Assembly (NCBI GenBank): GCA_963761305.1
Contig: CAVXGK010000001.1
Span: 1,472,001 to 1,536,000, forward strand
Length of the DNA: 64,000 nucleotides
Direction of reading: 5' to 3'
DNA from: an uncultured Gemmatimonadaceae bacterium
GTDB taxonomy: Bacteria > Gemmatimonadota > Gemmatimonadetes > Gemmatimonadales > Gemmatimonadaceae
Part shown: piece after piece, positions 49,817 through 58,795 of the stretch
Numbering within the stretch: the stretch's first letter is position 1
How the letters are laid out: each line of letters starts with the position of its first letter
The notes under the pieces: model-generated
What the model saw: only the letters and a program-made list of their open reading frames with translations
What the model was told of the DNA's origin: nothing
The model's database searches: none
Translations under genes and position numbers: made by a program

Positions 49817-50581
49817 TCAGACCTCCAGCCGATAGCCGGCCTTCCACACGGTGAGAATGTGCCGCGGCTGCGACGGATCGTCTTCGATCTTCCGGCGAAG
49901 CTCCGCGATGTGAATGTCCACCGTCCGCGTCATCACCTCGACCCGGTGTCCCCACACTTCGCGCAGCAGCTCCACTCGCGACGCCACCGCGCCGCGCCGG
50001 CGCACGAGCGCCAGCAACAAGTCGAACTCCTTCGGGCTGAGACCGACCGGCGTTCCGTGTTTCGTCACCGTGCGCGACGCCGGATTGATCTCCACGCCGC
50101 CGAACTTCTCGACCGACTCGGACGAGTGCGAGCGCTGGTCCGCCAGACGCGACCGCCGCAGCAGCGCCCCGACGCGCGCCAGCAGCTCGAGCACGCCGCA
50201 CGGCTTCGTCACGTAGTCGTCGGCGCCGAGCCGGAAGCCGAGCACCTTGTCCGCCTCTTCGCCGCGCGCGGTGAGGATCAGCACCGGAATGTCCGAGCCG
50301 CCTTCGCGCAGCGACTTGAGCACGCGATAGCCGTCCATGCCGGGCAGCATCAGGTCGAGCATCAGCAGGTCCGGACTCCAACTCCGCGCGCGCTCGAGTC
50401 CCGTTTCGCCATTCTCGGCCACCTGCACGTCGTAGCCTTCGATCTCGAGGCCCGTGCGAAGACCGTAGGCGAGGTTGACGTTGTCTTCGACGATGAGGAT
50501 TCGTGCCATAGGCGTCGGGAGTGGGGCCGCGAAGCTGTCGGTCATCGTCGGCCGTTTCTCTGCCACGGTAGCGTACGTCAT
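49817..50581 (-). CDS. OmpR/PhoB family response regulator
   Basis: ILIVEDN, LDLMLP, GADDYVTKP, RTVDIHIAELRRKIE; start may be downstream (MARIL). Confidence 0.92.
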   Translation of the reverse strand: MTYATVAEKRPTMTDSFAAPLPTPMARILIVEDNVNLAYGLRTGLEIEGYDVQVAENGETGLERARSWSPDLLMLDLMLPGMDGYRVLKSLREGGSDIPVLILTARGEEADKVLGFRLGADDYVTKPCGVLELLARVGALLRRSRLADQRSHSSESVEKFGGVEINPASRTVTKHGTPVGLSPKEFDLLLALVRRRGAVASRVELLREVWGHRVEVMTRTVDIHIAELRRKIEDDPSQPRHILTVWKAGYRLEV

Positions 50582-52401
50582 GGGACCACCTGAAGTTGCG
50601 AGTTGGGGGGTGCTGGTGGGGGCGGCTGGGACTGATCGGTGGAAAGCGGCGTGGACTCGGGCGACTCCGGCTGAACGAGCGGCAGCTCGACGACGACCCG
50701 TGCTCCGCCCCCGGGCGCGCTCTCGGCGCGCGTGCGTCCGCCATGCAGGACCACGAGTTCGCGCACGACGGAGAGGCCGATGCCGCTGCCGCCGGTGGAC
50801 GATTCCGCGTCGCGATTGAGGCGGACGTACGGCTCCCAGACGCGCACGCGGTCTTCACGCGGTATGCCCGGACCTTCGTCCTCGACCCAGATGCGCGCGC
50901 GGTCGCCGACGATCTGCGATCCGACGGTGATCGTCTGACTCGACGGGCCGTATTTCGCGGCGTTGTCGAGGAGGTTGAGCAGAATCTGGCGCAGCGCGTT
51001 TCGATCGACGCTCACGATGCCGTTGATCCCGAGCGACGGACGAATCGTCATGCTACGCGCGCGGGCGAGCGGCGCGAACAGGTCGAGCGATTCCTGAATC
51101 TCCTGGTCGATCTCGGCGGCCTCCGGCGACACGCGGTTCGTTCCCTTCTCGGCGCGCGAGAAATTGAGCACGTTCTCGACGAGATACGTGAGACGCCGCG
51201 CCTCCTGATCGATGATGCCCGCCGAGCGTTCGCGTTCGTCGTCCGTGCGCAGCTTGCCGAGGTGGAGCAGCTCGGCGAACCAGCGAATTTGCGCCAGCGG
51301 CGTGCGCAGCTCGTGCGAGACGCCGGAGACGAATTCCGTGCGCAGCCGCGCGAGCTGCTGCTGCCGCCGCAGCTGGATCACGGCGACGGTCAGCAGTCCC
51401 GCGGCGAGCACGAACAGCGCGACGAGGATCGGCAGCCGAGAGTCCGGCAGGCCGCCGACCACGAGCATCGGCGCGAACTCTTTATTCAGGCTCACCTTCA
51501 TCTTGAGCCGCCCGAAGTTCGGCTCGACCATCGACGCCGCGCTGTACGTCGTCGCGATCCATCCCGGGGAGTGATACACCTCTTTCCCGTTCGCCGTCGT
51601 CACGGAGATCGACATGATCGAATCGATCGAGAGTCCGTGAATGAGCGCTTCGGGCAAGAGCGAGCTGCCGCTGCCGTTCGTGCCGCGAATCTCGGCGAAG
51701 ACAGGGCGTAGGAACTGCCCGGGATCCGTCACGTAGCCGTACAGCTCTACCGGCAACCCGCGGCGGACGTCGCGCGCCACGACGAACACGACGAGTTGCA
51801 GATGCTTGCTGTTGTGCTCGTCGAACAACATGACGTACGAGTCGTTGGTGAGAATCACCGCCGACTGCCGCATCGAGCCGCCGTCGGGCGTCACGAAATG
51901 GACGACGCCGCGATTCGTCGGCGGCGGCGCCATGTCGTTCACGTACGCGACCATCGTGTCGCGCACGCGCGCGAGGTCGGCGTCGGCGAGATCGGTGTCG
52001 GTCGTGCGGAACGTCGAGTCCTTCCAGTCGTAGCGAAAGTAGTACTGGACGCTGTCCAGGCAGTCGCACGACCCCGCCATCATGTAGCGCGCGATGTCGC
52101 CGACTTCGGCCGGCGTGTAGAGCGTGCGCGCCAGCGAGTCCGGCTTGAGACGCGAGGCCTGCTGGATGAGCGACGTGACCACCTGGGAGAGCAGCGCGTT
52201 CTTCGCCTGCTGCGTCAACTGCCAATCGGCGATCTTGGCGTAGTCCTGCAGCGTCCGCTCGGCCATGACCCGCTGCGAGCGGGCGGCGTCCCACGCCTGA
52301 TACGTGAGCGCCGCGCACACGACGAGCGCGAGGACCAGGAGAGCGACCGTGCCGACTAGGCGGGGGGAGCGACGCATATGTCTATACATACGTTCTGACA
52401 C
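50578..52401 (-). CDS. Membrane sensor histidine kinase
   Basis: Two TMs; SHELRTPL H-box, NLLDNAAKY, DEGPGI, GSGIGL. Confidence 0.92.
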   Translation of the reverse strand: MSERMYRHMRRSPRLVGTVALLVLALVVCAALTYQAWDAARSQRVMAERTLQDYAKIADWQLTQQAKNALLSQVVTSLIQQASRLKPDSLARTLYTPAEVGDIARYMMAGSCDCLDSVQYYFRYDWKDSTFRTTDTDLADADLARVRDTMVAYVNDMAPPPTNRGVVHFVTPDGGSMRQSAVILTNDSYVMLFDEHNSKHLQLVVFVVARDVRRGLPVELYGYVTDPGQFLRPVFAEIRGTNGSGSSLLPEALIHGLSIDSIMSISVTTANGKEVYHSPGWIATTYSAASMVEPNFGRLKMKVSLNKEFAPMLVVGGLPDSRLPILVALFVLAAGLLTVAVIQLRRQQQLARLRTEFVSGVSHELRTPLAQIRWFAELLHLGKLRTDDERERSAGIIDQEARRLTYLVENVLNFSRAEKGTNRVSPEAAEIDQEIQESLDLFAPLARARSMTIRPSLGINGIVSVDRNALRQILLNLLDNAAKYGPSSQTITVGSQIVGDRARIWVEDEGPGIPREDRVRVWEPYVRLNRDAESSTGGSGIGLSVVRELVVLHGGRTRAESAPGGGARVVVELPLVQPESPESTPLSTDQSQPPPPAPPNSQLQVVP

Positions 52402-52496
52402 GGCCGGGGCCAGTGGCGGAAATCGGGTTTACGGATTCCTTTCAGCGCGTCGGGCGACGCCGCCGGTCTTGCAACCTTTTTTGCTCCCCCCCCCAA

Positions 52497-53126
52497 ATGT
52501 CGACCATATACGATGTCTCGCTGCCGATCGTGAACGGGGGCCTCGTTTACCCCGGCAACCCCGACATCACGATCACGCCGCAGCAGGAAATATCGAAGGG
52601 GGCCAGTGCGAACGTTTCTCTGCTCACGTTCGGGTCTCACACAGGGACCCACGTCGATGCGCAGAAGCACATCATCGACGGCGGCCTAGCGATCGACGCG
52701 GTCCCGCTGGACGTCCTCATGGGACCGGCCATTCTCATCGCCATTCCGGACGACGTCATGGCGGTCGGCGAGAAGGAGCTGCGTGCCCATGATCTTACCG
52801 GCCAGCAGCGCGTTTTGATCCGCACGCGGAACTCGGCGTTCATCCGCCAACGCGACTTCGTGCGCGACTATACCTACCTCGCGCCCGACGGCGCGACATA
52901 CCTCGCGGACCTCGGCGTGAAGCTCGTCGGGATCGACTACCTGTCCATCGAGCAGTTCCACTCCGGGCACCACATGACGCATCGTACGCTGCTCGGCCGG
53001 AACATCGTGATCGTCGAAGGGCTCGATCTGTCGGTGCCACCGGCCGGCACGTACGACCTGCGCGTCTTGCCGCTACGACTCGCCGGGCTCGACGGTGCAC
53101 CGGCGCGTGCCGTGCTCGTCGCATGA
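52497..53126 (+). CDS. Cyclase family / kynurenine formamidase-like metal hydrolase
   Basis: HTGTHVDA, GIDYLS, H..LL...IVIVEGL, DGAPARA. Confidence 0.88.
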   Translation: MSTIYDVSLPIVNGGLVYPGNPDITITPQQEISKGASANVSLLTFGSHTGTHVDAQKHIIDGGLAIDAVPLDVLMGPAILIAIPDDVMAVGEKELRAHDLTGQQRVLIRTRNSAFIRQRDFVRDYTYLAPDGATYLADLGVKLVGIDYLSIEQFHSGHHMTHRTLLGRNIVIVEGLDLSVPPAGTYDLRVLPLRLAGLDGAPARAVLVA

Positions 53127-53734
53127 CGGCCACGCTCGACTGGGTTCTGTTCGACGTCGGCGGGGTGCTCGGCACGAACGCGTGGGATCGCGAGCAGCGC
53201 GCCGAGGCCATCGCGAAGTTCGGTCTCGAGCAGGAGGACTTTCAGTACCGGCACGAAGAGATGGTCGGCGCGTTGGAGGCCGGCCAGGTCACGCTCGACG
53301 AGTATCTCGCCGTAACGGTGTTCTGCGAGCCGAGATCATTTTCGCCGGAGGACTTCAAGAAGTTCATGTTCGCGCAGAGTGTCGCGTGGCCGGACTCGAT
53401 CGCCATCGCGCGCGAGTTGGCGAAGTCGGGCGCCGTGCGATTGGCGACGCTCAACAACGAGAGCGAAGCGCTCAACGAGCATCGGATCGAGCTTTTTGGG
53501 CTGCGCGACATCTTTCCGACGTTCTTCACGTCGTGCTGGCTCGGCGCGCGCAAGCCCGTGCGCCACACGTACACGCGCGTGCTCGGCATGACGCAGGCGG
53601 AACCGGCGCGAACGCTGTTCATCGACGACCGGCTGCAGAATTTGGCGCCCGCCGCGTCCCTCGGCATTCAGACGCTACAATTCACGACTGCTCAACGACT
53701 GCGTGATGATTTGAAGCGGATGCAGGTGCTGTAG
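53123..53734 (+). CDS. HAD family phosphatase
   Basis: FDVGGVL, LNN, RKP, FIDD motifs. Confidence 0.88.
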   Translation: MTATLDWVLFDVGGVLGTNAWDREQRAEAIAKFGLEQEDFQYRHEEMVGALEAGQVTLDEYLAVTVFCEPRSFSPEDFKKFMFAQSVAWPDSIAIARELAKSGAVRLATLNNESEALNEHRIELFGLRDIFPTFFTSCWLGARKPVRHTYTRVLGMTQAEPARTLFIDDRLQNLAPAASLGIQTLQFTTAQRLRDDLKRMQVL

Positions 53735-53744
53735 CCTCGAAAGA

Positions 53745-53866
53745 GGGACGAGTGCGGGGGCGGGGTGCGGAGAACTGGGACGAGTGCGGGGGCGGGGTGC
53801 GGAGAACCTGGAACGAGTGCCGGGGGGCGGGGTGCGGGGAGCTGGGACGAGTGCTGGGTGCGGGGA
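53745..53866 (+). repeat. G-rich ~32-bp tandem repeat (GGGACGAGTGCGGGGGCGGGGTGCGGAGAACT), about 3.7 copies
   Basis: Read directly; units start at 53745, 53777, 53810 and 53844. Confidence 0.9.
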
Positions 53867-53927
53867 TTTGATTGCGCACGCGCTCGAATGGTGGTGATCC
53901 CGGGAAGTCGAGCGGTGATCTTCGCGC

Positions 53928-54374
53928 ATGACTCAGACTTCAGTTCCGGCGGATCAGCTCGAGTGGGAGCGCGGGTACCCCGCCGCGATCACGAGCGACA
54001 CGATCTGGAAGCTAAATGTGTATCGCGCCGCGCTCTATCTGCTCGACCTCACAAGGGCGGGTGTTCGACTGGGCATGAAGCGCGGACTCGATCGCGAGTT
54101 GGCGGGGCAACTGCTTCGTTCAGTGGCCTCGATCAGCGCCAACATCGCCGAAGGCTACAGCCGGTCAACGCGCGGCGACCGGCTTCGATTCTACGGATAC
54201 TCCCTCAGCTCTTTGCGCGAATGCCCTTCATGGTGTCGCGCCGCGAGCGACTACCTACTGCCCGACACCTGCGACCATCGCCTCACCGTTGTCGCACAAA
54301 TTCGCCCGCCGCTTCTCGGGCTGATCCGCTCGACTCGCACGCGAAATCACCCGCGCAACGAATTCGAGCCGTAG
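53928..54374 (+). CDS. Four-helix-bundle protein (23S rRNA IVP / Avd-like)
   Basis: IWKLNVYRAA...QLLRSVASISANIAEGYSR...RFYGYSLSSLREC..W. Confidence 0.85.
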   Translation: MTQTSVPADQLEWERGYPAAITSDTIWKLNVYRAALYLLDLTRAGVRLGMKRGLDRELAGQLLRSVASISANIAEGYSRSTRGDRLRFYGYSLSSLRECPSWCRAASDYLLPDTCDHRLTVVAQIRPPLLGLIRSTRTRNHPRNEFEP

Positions 54375-54397
54375 CCAACTCACCGCATACCGTCTCG

Positions 54398-54471
54398 GCA
54401 CTCTCGTTCCAGTTCTCCGCACCCCGCCGCCGCACTCGTTCCAGTTCTCCGCACCCCGCCGCACTCGTTCC
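54398..54471 (-). repeat. Inverted copies (about 2.4) of the 53745 repeat unit
   Basis: Reverse complement reads ggaacgagtgcggcggggtgcggagaact... Confidence 0.88.
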
Positions 54472-55778
54472 TACGCGCCGTGCGGCGCCACGTACTCCTT
54501 CGTAATCCGTTTCACCGAGACCGTCCCCATCTGCCTCATCGTCATCTCGAACTCCTTCCGTAAAATCGCCAGCACCGTCTCCACGCCTTCCTGCCCGAAC
54601 GCAGCCAATCCCCAGATGTACGGCCGTCCGATTCCCGTCGCCGTCGCGCCGAGTGCGAGTCCTTTGAAGATGTCGGTACCGCGACGAATCCCGCCGTCGA
54701 GAAACACCGGCACGCGGCCGCGCACCCCGGCGACCACCTCCGGCAGCGTCAGCACGGTCGCGCGTGTGCTGTTCTCGGCGCGGCCACCGTGGTTCGAGAC
54801 GAAGATCCCGTTGATGCCCTGGTGCATCGCCAGCTCGGCGTCCTCGCGCGTGACGATCCCCTTGATGAACACCTTCATCGGCGTCGAGTCCTGAAGCCGC
54901 TTCACCCAGTCCCACGTCGGCGTTCCCACCTCGGGGCTCAGCGTGTCGGGCTTGAGATCGGCGATCGCCGGCTTGCGCCGGTTGTCGCGCATCTCGTTCA
55001 CGCGCCCGGTGGCGCCGGGCATCGGGGCGCCGCCGAGGTGGCAATTCGTGCATGTGCGCGTGTCGGTCGCGCGCGAGCGAACCATCGTCTCGCGGTTGCT
55101 GCCGCCGATCAGATCGACCGTGAACACGACGACCGGCGCGCCCGCGTGCTCGGCGCGCTTCACCATCTGTTTCGTCTGATTCCAGTCGTCCTGGTGATAG
55201 AGCTGGAACCAGACCGGCGCGCCGCGCGCGGCGATGCAGTCCTCGATGCTCGTCGTGGCCACCGTGGACAACACCTGCAGATGGTTCTTCGCCTTCGCCG
55301 CGCGCGCCACCGCCAGCTCGCCCTCCGGATGAAACGCCCGCTGGCTGCCGACCGGATTGATGACGATCGGCGTCGGCCATTTGACGCCCAGGATCTCCAC
55401 CGACGGATCGATATGGCTCACGTCGACGAGCCGTCGCGCGCGAAGATCCCAGTGCGCGTAGCCCTCGCGGTTCGCGCGAATGGTCGCGTCGTCGTCAGTC
55501 CCGGTCGCGAGATAACCCCAGTGGGCTGGCGGAAGCTTCTTCCTCGCGACGGGCTCGAAGTCGAAGACGTCCAGCGCGTCGGCGGCCGACGCGATGAGGT
55601 CGGGCTCCTGCGTGGCCTGTTGAAGAAGCGCGAGTCCCTTCGCCCGATCGCGCGGCCCTCCGCCGAGCATTCGGGCCAGCGCCCCGAGCTCGATGCCGGC
55701 GACGGCGAGAAGCGGACTGCCGGCGGCGAATCTCAAGAACCGGCGTCGCGAAAGCTGGTCGTCTGAGCGGGGCGGCAT
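54471..55778 (-). CDS. FMN-dependent alpha-hydroxy acid oxidase/dehydrogenase with Tat signal
   Basis: SRRRFL twin-arginine; WFQLY, FTVD, VSNHGGR, DGGIRRGTD, GRP. Confidence 0.9.
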   Translation of the reverse strand: MPPRSDDQLSRRRFLRFAAGSPLLAVAGIELGALARMLGGGPRDRAKGLALLQQATQEPDLIASAADALDVFDFEPVARKKLPPAHWGYLATGTDDDATIRANREGYAHWDLRARRLVDVSHIDPSVEILGVKWPTPIVINPVGSQRAFHPEGELAVARAAKAKNHLQVLSTVATTSIEDCIAARGAPVWFQLYHQDDWNQTKQMVKRAEHAGAPVVVFTVDLIGGSNRETMVRSRATDTRTCTNCHLGGAPMPGATGRVNEMRDNRRKPAIADLKPDTLSPEVGTPTWDWVKRLQDSTPMKVFIKGIVTREDAELAMHQGINGIFVSNHGGRAENSTRATVLTLPEVVAGVRGRVPVFLDGGIRRGTDIFKGLALGATATGIGRPYIWGLAAFGQEGVETVLAILRKEFEMTMRQMGTVSVKRITKEYVAPHGA

Positions 55779-55957
55779 CGTCGGACCTCTTGGGAAGGGT
55801 GGGCTCGCAAGCAGTCTGAAGCGTAGTGCTCGCGGCGGCAAGATAGCCGCGCTCGCACGAAACCTGTATGGAGTACGCTCTCGACTTTAACGGCCGGTCC
55901 GGGGAGCTTTCGAGTCCGGCGGCTGGGGTTGACTGGCACCCTCACGATAGATCTGAA

Positions 55958-56860
55958 ATGCAACTCGCGATGATTGGGCTGGGCCGCATGGGCGGCAACA
56001 TGGTCGAGCGCCTCATGCGTCACGGCCACAAGCTGGTCGTCTTCGACCGCAGCGCGGAAACGGTCGCGAAGTACAAATCGATGGGTGCGACGCCGGCCGC
56101 CGATCTCGCGGCGGTCGTCGCGGCACTGGCGAAGCCGCGCGTCGTCTGGATCATGGTTCCGGCGGGCGATCCGGTCGACCAGACCATCGCTACGCTCCAG
56201 CCGCTGCTCTCCGCCGGCGACATCATCATCGACGGCGGCAACTCGAACTTCCATGACTCGATGCGCCGCGGCGCCGAGCTCGCGAAGTCGAAGATCGAAT
56301 TCATCGACTCGGGCACGAGCGGCGGCATCTGGGGACTCGAGAATGGCTACTGTCTCATGGTCGGCGGCAGCGACACGGCGGTGAAGACCTGCGAGCCGAT
56401 CTTCACGGCGCTCGCACCGGCCGACGGCTTCGCCCACGTCGGTCCCGTCGGTGCAGGCCACTACGTGAAGATGGTGCACAACGGCGTCGAGTACGGGCTG
56501 CTTCAGGCCTACGCCGAGGGCTACGAGATCCTGCACGGGTCGAAGACGTTTCCGAAGCTCGACCTCGAGCAGATCGCGAACGTGTGGCAGCACGGCAGCG
56601 TGGTGCGGTCGTGGCTCAACGAGCTCGCGGCCACCGCGTTCTCGCGCGACGCCTCTCTCTCGGCGCTCAAGGGGTGGGTCGCCGACTCGGGCGAGGGCCG
56701 CTGGACGGTGCAGGAGGCGATCGACATCGACGTGCCGGCGCCGGTGATCACGCTGTCGTTGCTCACGAGGCTGCGATCGCGGCAAGAGGACTCGTTCGGC
56801 GCGAAGGTCATCGCGGCGCTGCGCAACGAATTCGGCGGACACGCGGTGGAACGCGCATGA
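55958..56860 (+). CDS. gnd: 6-phosphogluconate dehydrogenase, decarboxylating (short YqeC-type)
   Basis: IGLGRMG, IDGGNS, GHYVKMVHNGVEYG, DSGEGRW, LRNEFGGH. Confidence 0.95.
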   Translation: MQLAMIGLGRMGGNMVERLMRHGHKLVVFDRSAETVAKYKSMGATPAADLAAVVAALAKPRVVWIMVPAGDPVDQTIATLQPLLSAGDIIIDGGNSNFHDSMRRGAELAKSKIEFIDSGTSGGIWGLENGYCLMVGGSDTAVKTCEPIFTALAPADGFAHVGPVGAGHYVKMVHNGVEYGLLQAYAEGYEILHGSKTFPKLDLEQIANVWQHGSVVRSWLNELAATAFSRDASLSALKGWVADSGEGRWTVQEAIDIDVPAPVITLSLLTRLRSRQEDSFGAKVIAALRNEFGGHAVERA

Positions 56861-58482
56861 CGACGACCGCGCACCCGTCGCACACGCCTCATCCGCCGGT
56901 CATTCCGGCGCGTCCTGCCGGGCAAACGTCGCCGCACGACCAGCAGCGTGCGAAGGCCGACCCGTGTACGATGGTCATCCTCGGCGCACTCGGCGATCTG
57001 AGTCGCCGCAAGCTGCTCCCGGCGATCTACCAACTGCTCAACGAGCATCTGGTCGACGACCGGTTCCAGGTCATTGGCGTCGGGCGCGACGCCAGCCAGA
57101 CTGACGACACGTTTCGCGCGCAGATGGGCAAAGCGCTCGCCGAATCGGACGAAGTCGGCAAGTTCGATGAGGCGGTGTGGCAGGACGTCTGCAAGCGTCT
57201 GCACTTCGTCTCGGCCGATTTCACCGACGCGTCGGGATACCAGGCCATCGGCAAACGGCTCACCGAACTGGAGCAGGGGCGTGCACCGGGCGAGTGCAAT
57301 CGGCTGTTCTATCTCGCGGTGCCGCCGAGCGTGTTCGAACCGATCGTACGAAATCTCTCATCGAGTGGATTGGCGCCGCGCTCGCGCACTCCCGAGGACC
57401 GGCCGTGGACGCGCATCGTCGTCGAAAAGCCGTTCGGCCACAGCCTCGAGAGCGCGCTGGCGCTCAACAATCTCGTGCTCGGACTGTTCGCGGAGCATCA
57501 GACGTACCGCATCGATCACTACCTCGGCAAAGAGACGGTGCAGAACGTGTTGGTGCTCCGCTTCGCCAACTCGATCTTTGAACCGATCTGGAACCGCCAG
57601 TGGATCGACCACGTGCAGATCACGGCGGCGGAGACGGTCGGGGTCGAGGACCGCGGGTCGTACTACGAGGAAGCGGGCGTCGTGCGGGACATGTTCCAGA
57701 ACCATCTGCTGCAGCTCCTCTCGCTCACGGCGATGGAACCGCCGGCGCAGATGACGGCCAACGCCGTGCGCGACGAGAAGGTGAAGGTGTTCAAGTCGAT
57801 GCGCATGTTCGACCCCGAGACGATTCCCGACAACGCCGTGCGCGCGCAGTACACCGCCGGGACGATTGGCGAGAAAGCGGTGCCCGGCTACCGGCAGGAG
57901 CCGAACGTCTCGCCGACGTCGACAGTACCGACGTTCGCCGCGGTTCGCCTGTACGTCGACAACTGGCGCTGGAACGGAGTGCCGTTCTATCTGCGATCCG
58001 GTAAACGGATGGCGCGTCGCGTGTCGGAGATCGCCGTGCAGTTTCGCACGCCGCCGCACCTGATGTTCGGCGAGTCGAGCCAGTTGATGCGCTCGAACAC
58101 GCTGGTGATGCGCGTGCAGCCGAACGAAGGCGTGTCGCTCGACTTCGAGGTGAAGGTCCCCGGGGCCGCGGTGGCGCTCACCTCGGCCATCGAGATCGCG
58201 CCGGTCGACATGGAATTCAGCTACGCCGAGGCGTTTGGGGGTGAGGTGACGGCGCCGGCATACGAGACGTTGCTGCTCGACGTGATGATCGGTGAGGCGA
58301 CGCTCTTCACGCGCAGCGACGAAGTCGAGGCGGCGTGGCGAGTGGTGGATCCGCTCATTCAATACTGGGAAGCGCACCCGCCGCGCCGCATGCCGACATA
58401 CGCGGCGGGGAGCTGGGGACCTCGCGAGGCCGACGAGCTCATCGAGCAGGACGGCGCGGCATGGCGAGAGCCGACGGGCTAG
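56857..58482 (+). CDS. zwf: Glucose-6-phosphate 1-dehydrogenase
   Basis: GALGDL, EKPFG, RIDHYLGKE, DMFQNHL, NWRWNGVPFYLRSGK. Confidence 0.96.
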   Translation: MTTTAHPSHTPHPPVIPARPAGQTSPHDQQRAKADPCTMVILGALGDLSRRKLLPAIYQLLNEHLVDDRFQVIGVGRDASQTDDTFRAQMGKALAESDEVGKFDEAVWQDVCKRLHFVSADFTDASGYQAIGKRLTELEQGRAPGECNRLFYLAVPPSVFEPIVRNLSSSGLAPRSRTPEDRPWTRIVVEKPFGHSLESALALNNLVLGLFAEHQTYRIDHYLGKETVQNVLVLRFANSIFEPIWNRQWIDHVQITAAETVGVEDRGSYYEEAGVVRDMFQNHLLQLLSLTAMEPPAQMTANAVRDEKVKVFKSMRMFDPETIPDNAVRAQYTAGTIGEKAVPGYRQEPNVSPTSTVPTFAAVRLYVDNWRWNGVPFYLRSGKRMARRVSEIAVQFRTPPHLMFGESSQLMRSNTLVMRVQPNEGVSLDFEVKVPGAAVALTSAIEIAPVDMEFSYAEAFGGEVTAPAYETLLLDVMIGEATLFTRSDEVEAAWRVVDPLIQYWEAHPPRRMPTYAAGSWGPREADELIEQDGAAWREPTG

Positions 58483-58515
58483 ACGTTTCGCGAGTCGGCA
58501 CAAGCAACCGCCACT

Positions 58516-58758
58516 GCAACTGCTCAACGCAGAGGCGCGGAGAAACGCAGAGGGTTCCCGGATCGGACTGAGGCCCGCTCGCAACGAGCCGGGAGGAATG
58601 CTTTTGTTAGAGCCGCTCGGGAAGCTTCCCGCCATGCACCTGCCTCCTTCACAGCAGGAGCTTCCCGAGCGGCTTTAACAAACAATCCCGTGGCGACGCC
58701 GATCTCGAGTTCGTGTGCAGTTCTCTGCGTTCTCCGCGCCTCTGCGTTGAGCAGTTGC
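58516..58758. repeat. Nested long inverted repeat (REPIN/MITE-like) between convergent genes
   Basis: Outer arms 58516-58552 / 58723-58758 (one indel); inner arms 58603-58626 / 58659-58682 (one mismatch). Confidence 0.85.
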
Positions 58759-58795
58759 TGTTGTCGTTGCCGTTGCGGAGCAGCGACCGGGAACC

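Noticed and set aside
53745..53866. 32-bp repeats as a CRISPR array
   Set aside because: Units are directly adjacent with no unique spacers, and there are no cas genes in the window.
38581..54374. Diversity-generating retroelement implied by Avd-like genes
   Set aside because: I saw no reverse transcriptase and no TR/VR pair differing at adenines in the window.
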